Both the position numbers and the translations under genes were made by a program. Source: Deltaproteobacteria bacterium UBA6601 (GTDB lineage: Bacteria; Myxococcota_A; UBA796; UBA9615). From it: DNA of 64,000 bases. Positions 9,366 to 19,404 of the stretch are shown one piece after another (positions within the stretch are counted from its first letter, which is position 1; the number at the start of each line of letters is the position of its first letter). The stretch covers positions 25,232-89,231 of the forward strand of contig DJIF01000015.1 of the NCBI GenBank assembly GCA_002433485.1. The letters are read 5' to 3'. The notes under the pieces are model-generated. The model ran no database searches and was not told the DNA's origin. It was given only the letters and a program-made list of their open reading frames with translations.

Positions 9366-10070
9366 TCAGCCAAGCCAGGTCGCAGCGGCAGGAGAAGCCT
9401 TGGGCCCGGGCATCTCGCCCGCTTCAGACAGCGAGTAGTAGCAACCGTCTCCCATTACGATGTGGTCAACCACCGCAACTCCAAGCAATTCGCCCACCAC
9501 CACCAGACGCTCGGTCAAGGCCAGATCAGAGCCGCTGGGGCGAGGGTCTCCGGATGGATGGTTGTGGACCAGTACCAGTGCCGATGCACCCTGTCGCAAG
9601 GCAGCACCAAAGACCTGACGGGGATCTACGAACACCGCATTTGCGCCGCCTCGACAGACTTCGGTTTCGGCCAACTTACGCAACTTCGAGTCGAGTGACA
9701 GCACGATAAAGCGCTCTTCAAGGCGGCCCCAGAGTCTTCCTCGTAGACTGGCATAGACCGCTCCCGGTGAATCACACAGATCTCCCCGCAGCAGAGGTCG
9801 CTCGAACACTCGGCGGCTGAACTCCAACAAGGCAAGCAGCTGCCGGGATCTGGATGGGCCAAGCCCCGTGACCCGCTGCAACTGATTAAGGTCCTTTTGC
9901 GCCAGCGCCGCCAGCCCTGCAGGGCCTGCGTCAAGAAGCAACCTCAGGGACAAATCCAACAATCCAGAGCCGGGCCGCCCCCCGGCACAGAACAGCAAAG
10001 CCAGTAGCTCATAATCCGCCAGGCCAGTGCAGCCCAATCGGTCCATTCGAGTGCGGGGATCCATGTGCAT
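9366..10070 (-). CDS. radC: RadC-family JAB/MPN domain protein (UPF0758)
   Basis: N-terminal HhH-like region (LADYELLALLF), then LVHNHPSGDPRPSGSDLALT, the JAMM motif H-x-H-x7-S-x2-D. Confidence 0.8.
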   Translation of the reverse strand: MHMDPRTRMDRLGCTGLADYELLALLFCAGGRPGSGLLDLSLRLLLDAGPAGLAALAQKDLNQLQRVTGLGPSRSRQLLALLEFSRRVFERPLLRGDLCDSPGAVYASLRGRLWGRLEERFIVLSLDSKLRKLAETEVCRGGANAVFVDPRQVFGAALRQGASALVLVHNHPSGDPRPSGSDLALTERLVVVGELLGVAVVDHIVMGDGCYYSLSEAGEMPGPKASPAAATWLG

Positions 10071-10314
10071 GACAGGTCGTTATTCCACGCTGCGTGCCAG
10101 GATCAGCGGTCTGCTGGAATCCGACCTGCAGCTGTCATCCAGTTGAAGAAGTCGGCCCCACGCGGAAAGCGGAGCTGTTCGGTAGCGTCCGGCAATGACC
10201 AGAATTCTGTCGGTTTTTTGTCCGATCCCGGACAGCCAGCTTTGCTATCTTCCCGGCCCTCGCTGAACAGCTTGCACAAGCTTCACAGCAGGAATCAAAG
10301 AGCAGGGAGCCAGA

Positions 10315-10755
10315 ATGTCCAGGACCGAACTGCTGCGGCGTTGGATGCAGATCAGCGTCTTCCTCTACATTGGCTCCGGAACCGCCTTTGCCGTCGCTCC
10401 CAACGGCGTTTTCAGTGGTCTCGATGATGCCATGCGCCTGTTGCCCTGGTTTGCTAATTGGCCGCCAATGCCACGAACGGAAGCCTTTGCCTGGACGGCT
10501 CTAGCGATGGCAAACATGACCAGCCTGATCGCCTGCTGCACTCTGGTTTGGCGCGACCCGTACCGATTTCGCGACGTTACCGTCATAGTCCTGATCAGCA
10601 AAGTCACCACCTCTCTGGGCGGTCTCATCGCCTTGATTCTGCACGCGAAATACCCACTGTACGTACTGTTCTTTGCTGCCGACTTCCCAGTCTTCCTGTT
10701 CACCGGGCTGCTCTGGTGGTGGGCGGTGCAGGAACAACAAGGAGCTGAACCATGA
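10315..10755 (+). CDS. hypothetical small integral membrane protein
   Basis: Four predicted hydrophobic helices (e.g. ISVFLYIGSGTAFAV, VTTSLGGLIALIL, VLFFAADFPVFLFTGLLWWW). Stop overlaps the start of the acyl-CoA dehydrogenase gene (ATGA at 10752-10755). Confidence 0.45.
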   Translation: MSRTELLRRWMQISVFLYIGSGTAFAVAPNGVFSGLDDAMRLLPWFANWPPMPRTEAFAWTALAMANMTSLIACCTLVWRDPYRFRDVTVIVLISKVTTSLGGLIALILHAKYPLYVLFFAADFPVFLFTGLLWWWAVQEQQGAEP

Positions 10756-12335
10756 ACTCCGACCGCCAACTGCCCGGCACGGACCCGACCCGCTGCCAGG
10801 ACCCCTACAGCTTTGGACCCTTCCAGGAGGCCCTGGGGCAGGATTTCTGGAGCGATGACCCTGAGCTCGCCCGACTCCTCGCCCACCATGGCCTGGACGA
10901 ACAAGACGCCCTCACCCGCCTGGCCAGCTGGGGTCAATACGTAGCCAGCACCGCGGCCGACGGTGCCGACCGCTGCGACCGACCGGAAAACCTGCCCAGA
11001 ATCATGCCCAGCGATAGCTACGGAAGGCCGCACCCGGTCGGCGTTGAGCTGCCCGCCGAGACCAGCGCGGTCCTGGCCGCTTCACTCCGCGCCGGTCTGG
11101 CTTACGAACCGCAGGTGATGCTGCGCTACGCCCTGGTCTACCTGAGTGCTCAGATCGGCGATGCTGGAGTGCTCTGCCCGCTGGCCTGCACCGATGGGCT
11201 GGTGCGCGCGCTTCAAGAGCTCGACGCAGGGGAGCCCGGGGCAGCAGCCCTGCAACGGATCCTTGAGCAGCCCGGCGACGAACCGATCCATGGTGCTCAG
11301 TTCGTCACTGAAGCCCAGGGAGGCTCTGATGCCGGCACCAACAGAGTGCGGGCTGAGCGGCAGCAGGATGGCAGCTACCGCCTGTTCGGTCAGAAGTGGT
11401 TCTGCTCCAACATCCCTGCCCAATATTGGGCCGTAACGGCCCGCCCTGTAGACGCTCCCAGTGGCAGTCGCGGAGTCGCCCTGTTCCTGGTGCCCAGAGA
11501 GCTGTCAGACGGAACCGCAAATGGCTTCCGTGTTGAGCGCATCAAAGACAAGCTGGGAACCCGATCACTGCCCACCGTGGAGATGACCCTCGACGGAGCC
11601 ATCGCCTACCCCCTGGGTGCCGAACGGGAAGGTCTGTCCAACATGGTGCGGATCGTACTGAGCACCTCCAGATTCTGGTGTGCAATCGCCGCAGTGGGCT
11701 TCATCCGCAGTGCTGAACGGGTGGCCTCAGCCTACGCCAGCTTCCGCGCCGCCTTCGGTCAACCCATCGCCAGCTATCCGCTGGTGGCGGACAGCCTCGC
11801 AAGACTGCGGCGCTCCCGCCGCGAGTTGCTCGCCGCCAACTTGGAGATCCTGGCTACCTGGGAGCGCGTCGCTGCGGCCGAGCGAGCCGGCCAGACTCCT
11901 GCAGGTAACGACGCGCTGCGAGCCCGGTTGCTGATCATGATGACCAAGATGACCTGTACCCGACAGGCTACTGCTCTGGTCCACGAAGCGATGATGATTC
12001 TGGGCGGCAACGGAATCGAAGAACGATTCTCTCCCTTGCCGCGACTGCTCCGAGACGCGATCATTTTGGAGACTTGGGAAGGTCCTCATGGGTTGCTGAC
12101 CGCACGGCTACTGCTGGACATCCAGAAATACGGCGGCGCGGACGCTCCCCACGGGCTGGTAGGCATGCTGCTTGGGCTCGAGGAGACGACTGCAGAAGTC
12201 CAGAGCTTAGGGGACGAGCTGGCCGAGCTGCTGCACGATCAGGACCCCAGTCGGCAAATGCTGAGCTTCTCCCGGTGGCTGGAGCGGTTGTTCTTGACCT
12301 TCGGCGCGATCTGCTGGAAACAGGTAGACCCGTAG
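10752..12335 (+). CDS. acyl-CoA dehydrogenase family protein (AidB-like)
   Basis: AAGGAG RBS 7 nt upstream of the ATG. HGAQFVTEAQGGSDAG..YRLFGQKWFCSN..RIKDKLGTRSLPTVEMTLDGA..ALVHEAMMILGGNGIEE resembles AidB/ACAD catalytic regions. Confidence 0.7.
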   Translation: MNSDRQLPGTDPTRCQDPYSFGPFQEALGQDFWSDDPELARLLAHHGLDEQDALTRLASWGQYVASTAADGADRCDRPENLPRIMPSDSYGRPHPVGVELPAETSAVLAASLRAGLAYEPQVMLRYALVYLSAQIGDAGVLCPLACTDGLVRALQELDAGEPGAAALQRILEQPGDEPIHGAQFVTEAQGGSDAGTNRVRAERQQDGSYRLFGQKWFCSNIPAQYWAVTARPVDAPSGSRGVALFLVPRELSDGTANGFRVERIKDKLGTRSLPTVEMTLDGAIAYPLGAEREGLSNMVRIVLSTSRFWCAIAAVGFIRSAERVASAYASFRAAFGQPIASYPLVADSLARLRRSRRELLAANLEILATWERVAAAERAGQTPAGNDALRARLLIMMTKMTCTRQATALVHEAMMILGGNGIEERFSPLPRLLRDAIILETWEGPHGLLTARLLLDIQKYGGADAPHGLVGMLLGLEETTAEVQSLGDELAELLHDQDPSRQMLSFSRWLERLFLTFGAICWKQVDP

Positions 12336-12350
12336 TCAGGACTCCCGCCG

Positions 12351-12992
12351 ATGTTCACCCGATCCGCATCTTTCTACGAACTTCTGGACGTCGAACCCAG
12401 CGCCAATCGTCAGCAGGTACTGTCGGCATGGATGGATAAGCGCCGAGCAGCCCTGTCTATGACAGCGGTCCTGGGCAAGGACCAAGTGGGCGCGATATGC
12501 GCTCAGCTCGATGAAGCATTTCGAACTCTTACCCACCCGCTTCGCGGCAGAACCTACGCACGCTATCAAGAAGCCCTTCCTGAGACCTCTCCAAGAGCGT
12601 TGACCCTCAAACCAAGCAGCGTCGTGTCGGCAGCGCCCCAGACCAGGAGCGTCGAGACTCCAAGCAACGCGGATAGCCCACAAGAGCTGCCCAGCATCAC
12701 GACCATTGCAAGGCTGATGGACAGGGCCCAAAAGGGAACCGACAGAGCCACACAGGAGGACTGGATTCAGCTATCACTGCCGCTCACCCAACCTGACAAT
12801 GGAGGGCTGGGGGCCGACCGGCAGGTTGCAGAGGTCACAGCGTCCCATCGGCTGCAGGGCCGACCCGAGCCCGCAGCAGCTCTACAGCACAGCAGCTCGC
12901 TGTTCACCGTGGAGTTGCTCGACAGCCTGGAACTCCTCGAACAGGTCCTAAGCCCGGCGGAACACCAGGCAGCAAGGATCCAAATCCTCTGA
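12351..12992 (+). CDS. hypothetical protein with degenerate J-domain-like N-terminus
   Basis: FYELLDVEPSANRQQVLSAW resembles a J-domain helix-I/II, but HPD is replaced (..LTHPLRG..). The rest is low-complexity. Weak call. Confidence 0.35.
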   Translation: MFTRSASFYELLDVEPSANRQQVLSAWMDKRRAALSMTAVLGKDQVGAICAQLDEAFRTLTHPLRGRTYARYQEALPETSPRALTLKPSSVVSAAPQTRSVETPSNADSPQELPSITTIARLMDRAQKGTDRATQEDWIQLSLPLTQPDNGGLGADRQVAEVTASHRLQGRPEPAAALQHSSSLFTVELLDSLELLEQVLSPAEHQAARIQIL

Positions 12993-12994
12993 GC

Positions 12995-14113
12995 ATGTGG
13001 GACCCGAGCCTTCGCTGCCGACCTCCAAGAGTCGCATCGGGCCACCGCTACCTGGCTCGCTTGCTGGTGCTTGCCGGGCTGCTGCTCAGTAGCTGCAGTT
13101 CGCAGTCCGAGCCAACTAAACAAACCAACCAAGAACCAATTGTCGGCACCGAACCGAGCGGTCTTCAGGGTGAGTCCCCCGAGTCCTGCCAAAGCACGCC
13201 GGTAGACTGCAACGCGACCTATCTTGAGTTTGCACGCCGCCATTCCGAGCATGCACGACCGGTGGCTAACTGTAAGGCTCTCCATGCTCAGTTGCTTGAA
13301 CTATGGAAAGGCACTGGATCAATAGCACCTATCGAGCCACTGGAACCCCGCCCGGGCTTTGACCTCCGCAGCGCTCTGCGCCACGAGCTGAACATCAACT
13401 TCCTGCTGCAAAGCAGCGGGCAACTGGTGGAAAGGGCGGCGCCTGCCTTCGAGGTGCACTCCCAGCAGCAGCTTGACAATGGCGTCCGGGAACTTCAGAT
13501 CCGCCTGAACGACACGCAGCTCGGGAACATCCCAGCCCTGCTCATTCTGCCACCTGGCTCAGGCCCCTTCCCAACCTTACTGGCGCTGCCAGGACACGGA
13601 CAGAACCCCCGTCAGTGGCTTGACTCAATTTCCAGCCATGAGATCACTGAACGGAACTTCGCCCTGATGGTGTTGGGTATCCGCGCCTACGACAGTCACA
13701 TCAAGGAGCATCAGGCCAGCCTCACGCTTCTCTGTCAGGGCTTCTCCCTCATTGGGCTGCGCGTCTCTGAAGCCATGTCAGCCCTAGCTTTTATCGAACA
13801 ACATCCCAGCCTTCGCGGCGACCGAATCGGCCTGCTGGGCCATTCAGGTGGCAGCACCGCACTCAACCTGCTGGTCCACCTAAGCTCGGTGCCCAGGGCG
13901 CTGGTGAGTGACCTGCGCTCAGACTACTTCAACTTTCAGGAAATCGAAGGCCGCTACTACCTGCTCGATGAGACCCACATTGGCCTGCATCGACTCTCCC
14001 CGCTGATCAACCAAGCAGCGACGGCACCGGTCCCGACCCTGGACGTAGAGTATGGCGCTCCCGAAGGGCTGGCTCCGCTGCTCGACTTCCTAGCCCAACA
14101 TCTTAAGCCCTGA
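12995..14113 (+). CDS. lipoprotein, alpha/beta-hydrolase fold (putative esterase/peptidase)
   Basis: Lipobox LLLSSCSS. Nucleophile elbow LLGHSGGSTA (GxSxG). Preceded by LILPPGSGPFPTLLALPGHG, typical of dienelactone-hydrolase/prolyl-oligopeptidase-like hydrolases. Confidence 0.55.
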   Translation: MWDPSLRCRPPRVASGHRYLARLLVLAGLLLSSCSSQSEPTKQTNQEPIVGTEPSGLQGESPESCQSTPVDCNATYLEFARRHSEHARPVANCKALHAQLLELWKGTGSIAPIEPLEPRPGFDLRSALRHELNINFLLQSSGQLVERAAPAFEVHSQQQLDNGVRELQIRLNDTQLGNIPALLILPPGSGPFPTLLALPGHGQNPRQWLDSISSHEITERNFALMVLGIRAYDSHIKEHQASLTLLCQGFSLIGLRVSEAMSALAFIEQHPSLRGDRIGLLGHSGGSTALNLLVHLSSVPRALVSDLRSDYFNFQEIEGRYYLLDETHIGLHRLSPLINQAATAPVPTLDVEYGAPEGLAPLLDFLAQHLKP

Positions 14114-14122
14114 GGCCAGAGC

Positions 14123-16099
14123 TCAACCGGAGTTGGCGGGCTGCGCCACGATCAGCAGCAGCTGGCGCCGCGCCACCTGATCGTCCACTGCCGCCGAAAT
14201 AGACTCCACCACTCCATCGCAGCGACTGGACACCACAGTCTCCAGCTTCATCGCCTCCAGCACCATTAGCGGCTGACCGGTGCTGACCTGATCGCCAACC
14301 TTAACGTGCAGCGCTGAGACACGACCAGCCAGGGGAGATAGCAGCCGCCCGTCGGCAGCGCCTGCCTCCGCCTCGCTGCCCGGCAGAATGCGCTCAAAGC
14401 TGAAGGCAGCGCCCAGGGCATGCAAATGCAAAGTCAAGCGATCCTCGGCGAAGATACTGTGCAGGGTTGAGCAGAGTCCATCGAGGCTCAAACGACGCTC
14501 GACCGCGGGAACACCATGGAGCTGAATCTGATGATCTTGGTCGCCAACCAGGACCGAGTAGGTGGGACCTGCGTCCATCCTTACCTGCAGACTGAGCGTC
14601 TCATCGGCACAACGTAACCTCAGAGTCAGCGCTGCACCAACCGCGTTGCTGCGCCAGCCATCGCCACCGCCAGCCGCATCCAGAAACAAGGCTGCGGCCA
14701 GCGCCCACTGGCCAGCCGTTGGCTGGCCCAGCCCTTTATCCTCCGCGGCAAAGTCACCCTCGAGAAAGTCCGTTGTCACGGCGCCATCAGCAAACACCTG
14801 ATGAGCCAGCACCCGGTCGAGGAAGGCACCGTTGTGATGCACCCCAAGCAATACAGTCTCACGCAAGGCGCGACGCAGACGACGCAAAGCAGTAGCCCGA
14901 TCGGGCCCGCTGGCAATGATCTTGGCGAGCATCGGATCGTAGAAAGCGCTGACCTCTTGACCGACTCGAATGCCGTCGTCGCAGCGAAGCCCTGCACCGG
15001 ATGCAGGCTGCCACACCGAGACCTCACCGGTCTGAGGAAGAAAGCCCTGGTCGGGGTCCTCAGCGTAAAGCCTGGCCTCGATAGCGTGACCTGCGAGAAC
15101 AACGTCCTCCTGCGTAAGGCCAAGGGGCTCGCCACCGGCAACTCTCAACTGCAGATCCACAAGATCCAGACCAGTCACCAACTCGGTAACGGGGTGCTCC
15201 ACCTGCAGACGGGTGTTCATCTCGAGAAAGTAAAAGGAGCCGTCAGCAGCAAGCAGGAACTCAACCGTTCCAGCTCCACGATAGTCCACCGCCGCGGCCG
15301 CATCGACGGCGGCCTGCCCCATGCGCTGGCGTAGCTCCGCATCAACGGCCGGGCTCGGTGCTTCCTCAATCACCTTCTGGTGGCGCCGCTGAGCAGAGCA
15401 ATCCCGCTCGCCAAGATGCAGCACCGTGCCATGCTCATCAGCCATGACCTGCACTTCTACGTGCCGCCCACCTTCGATCAAGCGCTCAGCAAGCAGGGTC
15501 CCATCACCAAAGGCCGCCTCAGCCTCAGCTCGAGCGGTGTTCAGCGCAGCCTCCAGTTGCTCCGCCGCGTCGACCCGGCGCATACCCCGCCCACCACCGC
15601 CGGCAGCGGCTTTTATCAACAGCGGAAACCCGACCCCAGCGAGCGCCTCGGCAAGCTCAGCGTCGAGGCCACCACGCTGATCTTCCCAACGATGGCCCGG
15701 AACACAAGGCACCCCTGCATCCTCCATGCGCTCCTTAGCCCGTGCCTTATCGCCCATCAGACGAATGGCTTCGCTGCTGGGACCGATAAAGGTAATCCCG
15801 GCCGCTTCACAGGCCTGAGCAAAGACTGCGTTTTCCGAGAGAAAGCCATAGCCGGGATGGATTGCATCTGCGCCACTGATGCGGGCAGCTTCAAGGACCT
15901 TATCGATGACCAGGTACGACTCAGTAGCAGGGGCGGGCCCGATGCAGAAGCTCTGGTCCGCAAGCCGCACGTGCGGCGCCGCAGCGTCCGCCTCACTAAA
16001 GACGGCGACCGTCTCATAGCCAGCATCCTGTGCGCTGCGAATCACCCGACAGGCAATCTCACCGCGGTTCGCAACCAGGACCTTGTGAAAACGGCTCAA
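14123..16099 (-). CDS. biotin-dependent acyl-CoA carboxylase alpha subunit (biotin carboxylase + BCCP domain); methylcrotonyl-/propionyl-CoA carboxylase type
   Basis: MSRFHKVLVANRGEIACRVIRS.. is a biotin carboxylase N-terminus. C-terminal EAMKLE is the biotinyl-lysine motif. 658 aa as in MCCase/PCCase alpha. Confidence 0.85.
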   Translation of the reverse strand: MSRFHKVLVANRGEIACRVIRSAQDAGYETVAVFSEADAAAPHVRLADQSFCIGPAPATESYLVIDKVLEAARISGADAIHPGYGFLSENAVFAQACEAAGITFIGPSSEAIRLMGDKARAKERMEDAGVPCVPGHRWEDQRGGLDAELAEALAGVGFPLLIKAAAGGGGRGMRRVDAAEQLEAALNTARAEAEAAFGDGTLLAERLIEGGRHVEVQVMADEHGTVLHLGERDCSAQRRHQKVIEEAPSPAVDAELRQRMGQAAVDAAAAVDYRGAGTVEFLLAADGSFYFLEMNTRLQVEHPVTELVTGLDLVDLQLRVAGGEPLGLTQEDVVLAGHAIEARLYAEDPDQGFLPQTGEVSVWQPASGAGLRCDDGIRVGQEVSAFYDPMLAKIIASGPDRATALRRLRRALRETVLLGVHHNGAFLDRVLAHQVFADGAVTTDFLEGDFAAEDKGLGQPTAGQWALAAALFLDAAGGGDGWRSNAVGAALTLRLRCADETLSLQVRMDAGPTYSVLVGDQDHQIQLHGVPAVERRLSLDGLCSTLHSIFAEDRLTLHLHALGAAFSFERILPGSEAEAGAADGRLLSPLAGRVSALHVKVGDQVSTGQPLMVLEAMKLETVVSSRCDGVVESISAAVDDQVARRQLLLIVAQPANSG

Positions 16100-16111
16100 T
16101 TTACTGGCTCC

Positions 16112-17788
16112 CTAGAATCGCGCGACGCCAAAGCTGTTGGCTCGCAGCGGGCGAGACTCCGCCTCCATAGCGGTAGCCAGAGCGAAGGCCAGCACCCTGC
16201 GGGTATCCCGAGGGTCAATGAGGCCATCGTCCCAGATCCTGGCGGTACCAAATAGCGCACCTGCTTCGGCATCCAACTTGCTCCGAAGCTCTCCTGCCAT
16301 GTAGGCGAGAGCCTCTTCCTCGAGGTTCATGCCCATCCGCTCAAACTTGGCGCGAGTAATGATCTCCATGACCTTAGCCGCCTGCTCGCCGCCCATCACC
16401 GCCACCTGAGCATTGGGCCAGGCAAAGATAAAACGCGGATCGAAGGACCTACCGCACATCCCGTAGTTACCCGCCCCATAGCCACCACCAAGGATCACGG
16501 TCAGTTGGGGAACCGAGGCATTCGCCACTGCCTGAATCATCTTCGCACCGTGCTTGATCGCGCCCTTCTGCTCCGCCTCTCGGCCAACCATATAGCCGGT
16601 GGTGTTCTGCAGATAGATGATGGGCACGCCAACCTGACAGCACAGCTGAATGAACTGACCCGCCTTGCTGGACCCCTCAGGCTGAATCGGCCCGGCATTG
16701 GCGACGATGCCCACAGGCCAGCCCTCAATGGCGGCGTGGCCGCACACGGTGTCAGAGCCAAAGCCAGGCTTGAACTCAAGGAAATCGGAGTCGTCGACGA
16801 TTCGGGCGATCACCTCCCGCACATCGTAGGGGTGACGGGTGTTGACCGGAACGATGCCGCAAAGCTCCTCCACATCGTAGCGAGGCGGACGGTAGTCCGA
16901 GGTCTGTGACGGGCGCTGCCAGGGAAGCTTGCCAATGAGGTCCCGCACCACGCCCAGAGCATGGGCGTCGTCTCCGGCAAGGTACTCGCCCAAGCCAGAG
17001 ACCGTGGCGTGCATCTCGGCACCACCGAGCTCCTCATCGGTCGCGTCCTCACCGATAGCGGCCTTCACCAGCGGTGGACCGGCCAGGAAAACCTTGGCCC
17101 GACCTTCGACCAGAACCACATAGTCGCTGAGCCCGGGGATATAGGCTCCGCCAGCGGTCGAGCTACCATGAACAACGGTAAACTGGGGAATCCCCGCCGC
17201 AGACAGACGAGCCATGTTGCAGAACACCTTGCCACCCTCGACAAAGAGTTCACTCTGGTAAGCGAGGTTGGCCCCACCGCTCTCCACCAGAGACACCACG
17301 GGAAGCTTATTCTCAAGCGCGACCTGCTGCGCGCGAAGGGTCTTCTTGAGTCCCATGGGCGAGGTCGTGCCACCCTTGATGGCGCTGTCGCTGGCCACCA
17401 CCAGACAACGAGCTCCCGCAACAAAGCCAATGCCGACAATGTTGCCGCCACCCATAGCTTTATCGCCCCCGGCATCGTCATGCATCTGCAAGCCGGCGAG
17501 GCTGGAAAGTTCAAGAAAGGGGGCCCCCGGGTCGAGCACGGCATCTACCCGCTCACGGGGCATCAACTGCCCGCGCTTCTCGAACTTGGCCCGCTTCTTT
17601 TCCCCCAGGGCACGGACATTCTGTTCCAGATCCCGATAGGCCGAGACCAGCTTCAGCATAGCCTCTCGGTTGACCCGGAAATCCTCAGAACGGGGGTCGA
17701 TCTGACTGTCTATGACCGCCATAGCGACGGGATAGTACTCGCTTTCGCCGCCCCTCGCGAGTCGACTGCCAAGACTCTTTTCAATCAA
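16112..17788 (-). CDS. acyl-CoA carboxylase carboxyltransferase (beta) subunit, methylcrotonyl-CoA carboxylase-like
   Basis: Two carboxyltransferase halves. The C-terminus ..FGVARF resembles MCCase-beta ..FGVFRM. 558 aa. Located 12 bp upstream of the alpha subunit. Confidence 0.8.
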   Translation of the reverse strand: MIEKSLGSRLARGGESEYYPVAMAVIDSQIDPRSEDFRVNREAMLKLVSAYRDLEQNVRALGEKKRAKFEKRGQLMPRERVDAVLDPGAPFLELSSLAGLQMHDDAGGDKAMGGGNIVGIGFVAGARCLVVASDSAIKGGTTSPMGLKKTLRAQQVALENKLPVVSLVESGGANLAYQSELFVEGGKVFCNMARLSAAGIPQFTVVHGSSTAGGAYIPGLSDYVVLVEGRAKVFLAGPPLVKAAIGEDATDEELGGAEMHATVSGLGEYLAGDDAHALGVVRDLIGKLPWQRPSQTSDYRPPRYDVEELCGIVPVNTRHPYDVREVIARIVDDSDFLEFKPGFGSDTVCGHAAIEGWPVGIVANAGPIQPEGSSKAGQFIQLCCQVGVPIIYLQNTTGYMVGREAEQKGAIKHGAKMIQAVANASVPQLTVILGGGYGAGNYGMCGRSFDPRFIFAWPNAQVAVMGGEQAAKVMEIITRAKFERMGMNLEEEALAYMAGELRSKLDAEAGALFGTARIWDDGLIDPRDTRRVLAFALATAMEAESRPLRANSFGVARF

Positions 17789-18850
17789 GTCCCAGACGGC
17801 CTACGAGCAAGCTCGCTGAGACTCACTCGGTGAGACCGCAGCAAAGCGGCCCAGCGGCCATCATCGAGGCCACCGGCAGCGCGCACCATGCGAGCCATTC
17901 CGCGGCGCCGAGCCAGGCTGCCCGGAACAGCAAGCAAGGAAGCTCCCGAAGCGGCTAGCAGGGTGACCGGCAGCAGGGCCTGCTGCCATAGGCTAAAGGA
18001 ACCCACGAGGCCCTGCCCTCGGCTGCCCTGCAAGGCCAACACACCAAAGCGAGCCACCGTCCATAGCGGAGCGGACAGCAACCACCGGCGCGGAAGATGG
18101 GTAATGGCAACCCGAACCCGATTGCGCTCCACCAGAAACACCTTGCGCAGAGTGAAGGCACCAAAAGAGCCGCCTACTCGGTGAGCAATAACTGCCTCGG
18201 GGAGGTAGCGACAGCGCAAGCCCAGGCGCGCCGCCCGCAGGCTCAAGTCAGCATCCTCACCATAGGCAAAGAAGCCATCGTCCAAGGCACCTATTCGAGC
18301 CAGCGCGGACCGTCTAAACATCACCGCAGCGCCCGAAAAAAGCAGGACATCCTCGGCCTCCAGGTAACGTCCTGCCGCACGCTCACCCCGCCCGCGACAC
18401 CAGTTGAGCCCATCGGGAAACAGCCGGTGACCGCAGTTATCTAGGCGCTCCGGACGATCACGGAGCACCAGGCGTGGTGCAACGATATCCGCCCCTCGAC
18501 TAAGCTCTCCAACGAGCGCGCTGAGAGCAGTGGTCTGGACCTCAGTATCGGGGTTCAGGAGTAGGATGAACTCGCCCCGGCAGAGCGCTAAGCCAGCATT
18601 TACGCCGGCAGCGAAGCCGTCGTTTAGAGACCGACTAACCAGCTTGATGGGAAGGGTCCAGGCACATCTCCGCCGCTCCTGCTCCAGCAGCGCAATAGCG
18701 CCGTCGCTGGAAGCGTTATCAACCAGAATAATTTCCAGCGATCTGAACTCCTGCTCCTGCAAAGCCCGAACACACCGGAACAGATCGTCAGCCCCGTAAT
18801 GATGAACCAGCACCACCGACAACAGACCGGGCTGGCCCTGCGCTGCCACA
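17785..18850 (-). CDS. family-2 glycosyltransferase (start uncertain)
   Basis: LLSVVLVHHYGADDL..LEIILVDNASSDG..NDGFAAGVNAGL..FILLLNPDTE..FAYGEDADLSLRA is a classic GT2. The track ORF (to 19344) would overlap the well-supported opposite-strand gene at 18988-19404, so the start is placed at an internal GTG (18850). The ATG at 19008 is an alternative. Confidence 0.5.
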
Positions 18851-18987
18851 TCTGGAAAGAACAAGGACCCGATGACTGACCTTCCCGAACCGAGTCCCCG
18901 CAAGCTACAGCTTCGCGGTAGAGTCCCGGAGCGCAGCCCCAGTCTCACCCGGCCTGGGCAGAACTCTAACAGCGAGAAGGGCACTCC

Positions 18988-19404
18988 ATGTTCAAGAGAT
19001 TGCACCATGTTGGCATCGCGGTCCCCAGCCTCGACGAAGGAGCCAAGGCCTGGGGACCTACCGGCCTTGGACTGCTCGAAGAAGGGCGGGAAGAGGTGAC
19101 CAGTGCAAGCACCAAGATCGCCATGTTTCCGGTGGGTGAGAGCCGCATTGAGCTGCTGGAGCCGATGGGTGACGACAGCCCGGTCGGCAAGTTCCTGAGC
19201 AAGCGCGGGCCAGGGATCCACCACCTGTGCTTTGAGGTGGAGGACATCGAGGCCGAGATCATCCGCATTGCGGCGAGCGGTATGCGGCTCCTCGGCAACC
19301 CTCCCAGTCCCGGTGCTCACGGTTCTCTGGTGGCCTTCATTCATCCCGCAGACACTGGCGGGGTGCTGGTGGAGCTCAACCAGTTCGCGGACGATCAGGG
19401 TTGA
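18988..19404 (+). CDS. methylmalonyl-CoA epimerase-like VOC/glyoxalase-fold protein
   Basis: MFKRLHHVGIAVPSLDEGAKAW.. plus a second half with HHLCFEVEDIEAEI.. gives a two-module VOC fold of MCE length (138 aa). Confidence 0.65.
   Translation: MFKRLHHVGIAVPSLDEGAKAWGPTGLGLLEEGREEVTSASTKIAMFPVGESRIELLEPMGDDSPVGKFLSKRGPGIHHLCFEVEDIEAEIIRIAASGMRLLGNPPSPGAHGSLVAFIHPADTGGVLVELNQFADDQG

Noticed and set aside
17785-19344. Full 519-aa GT2 ORF from the track
   Set aside because: Its first 160 codons would overlap the opposite-strand MCE-like gene (18988-19404) and lack GT2 features. The gene was trimmed to an internal start.
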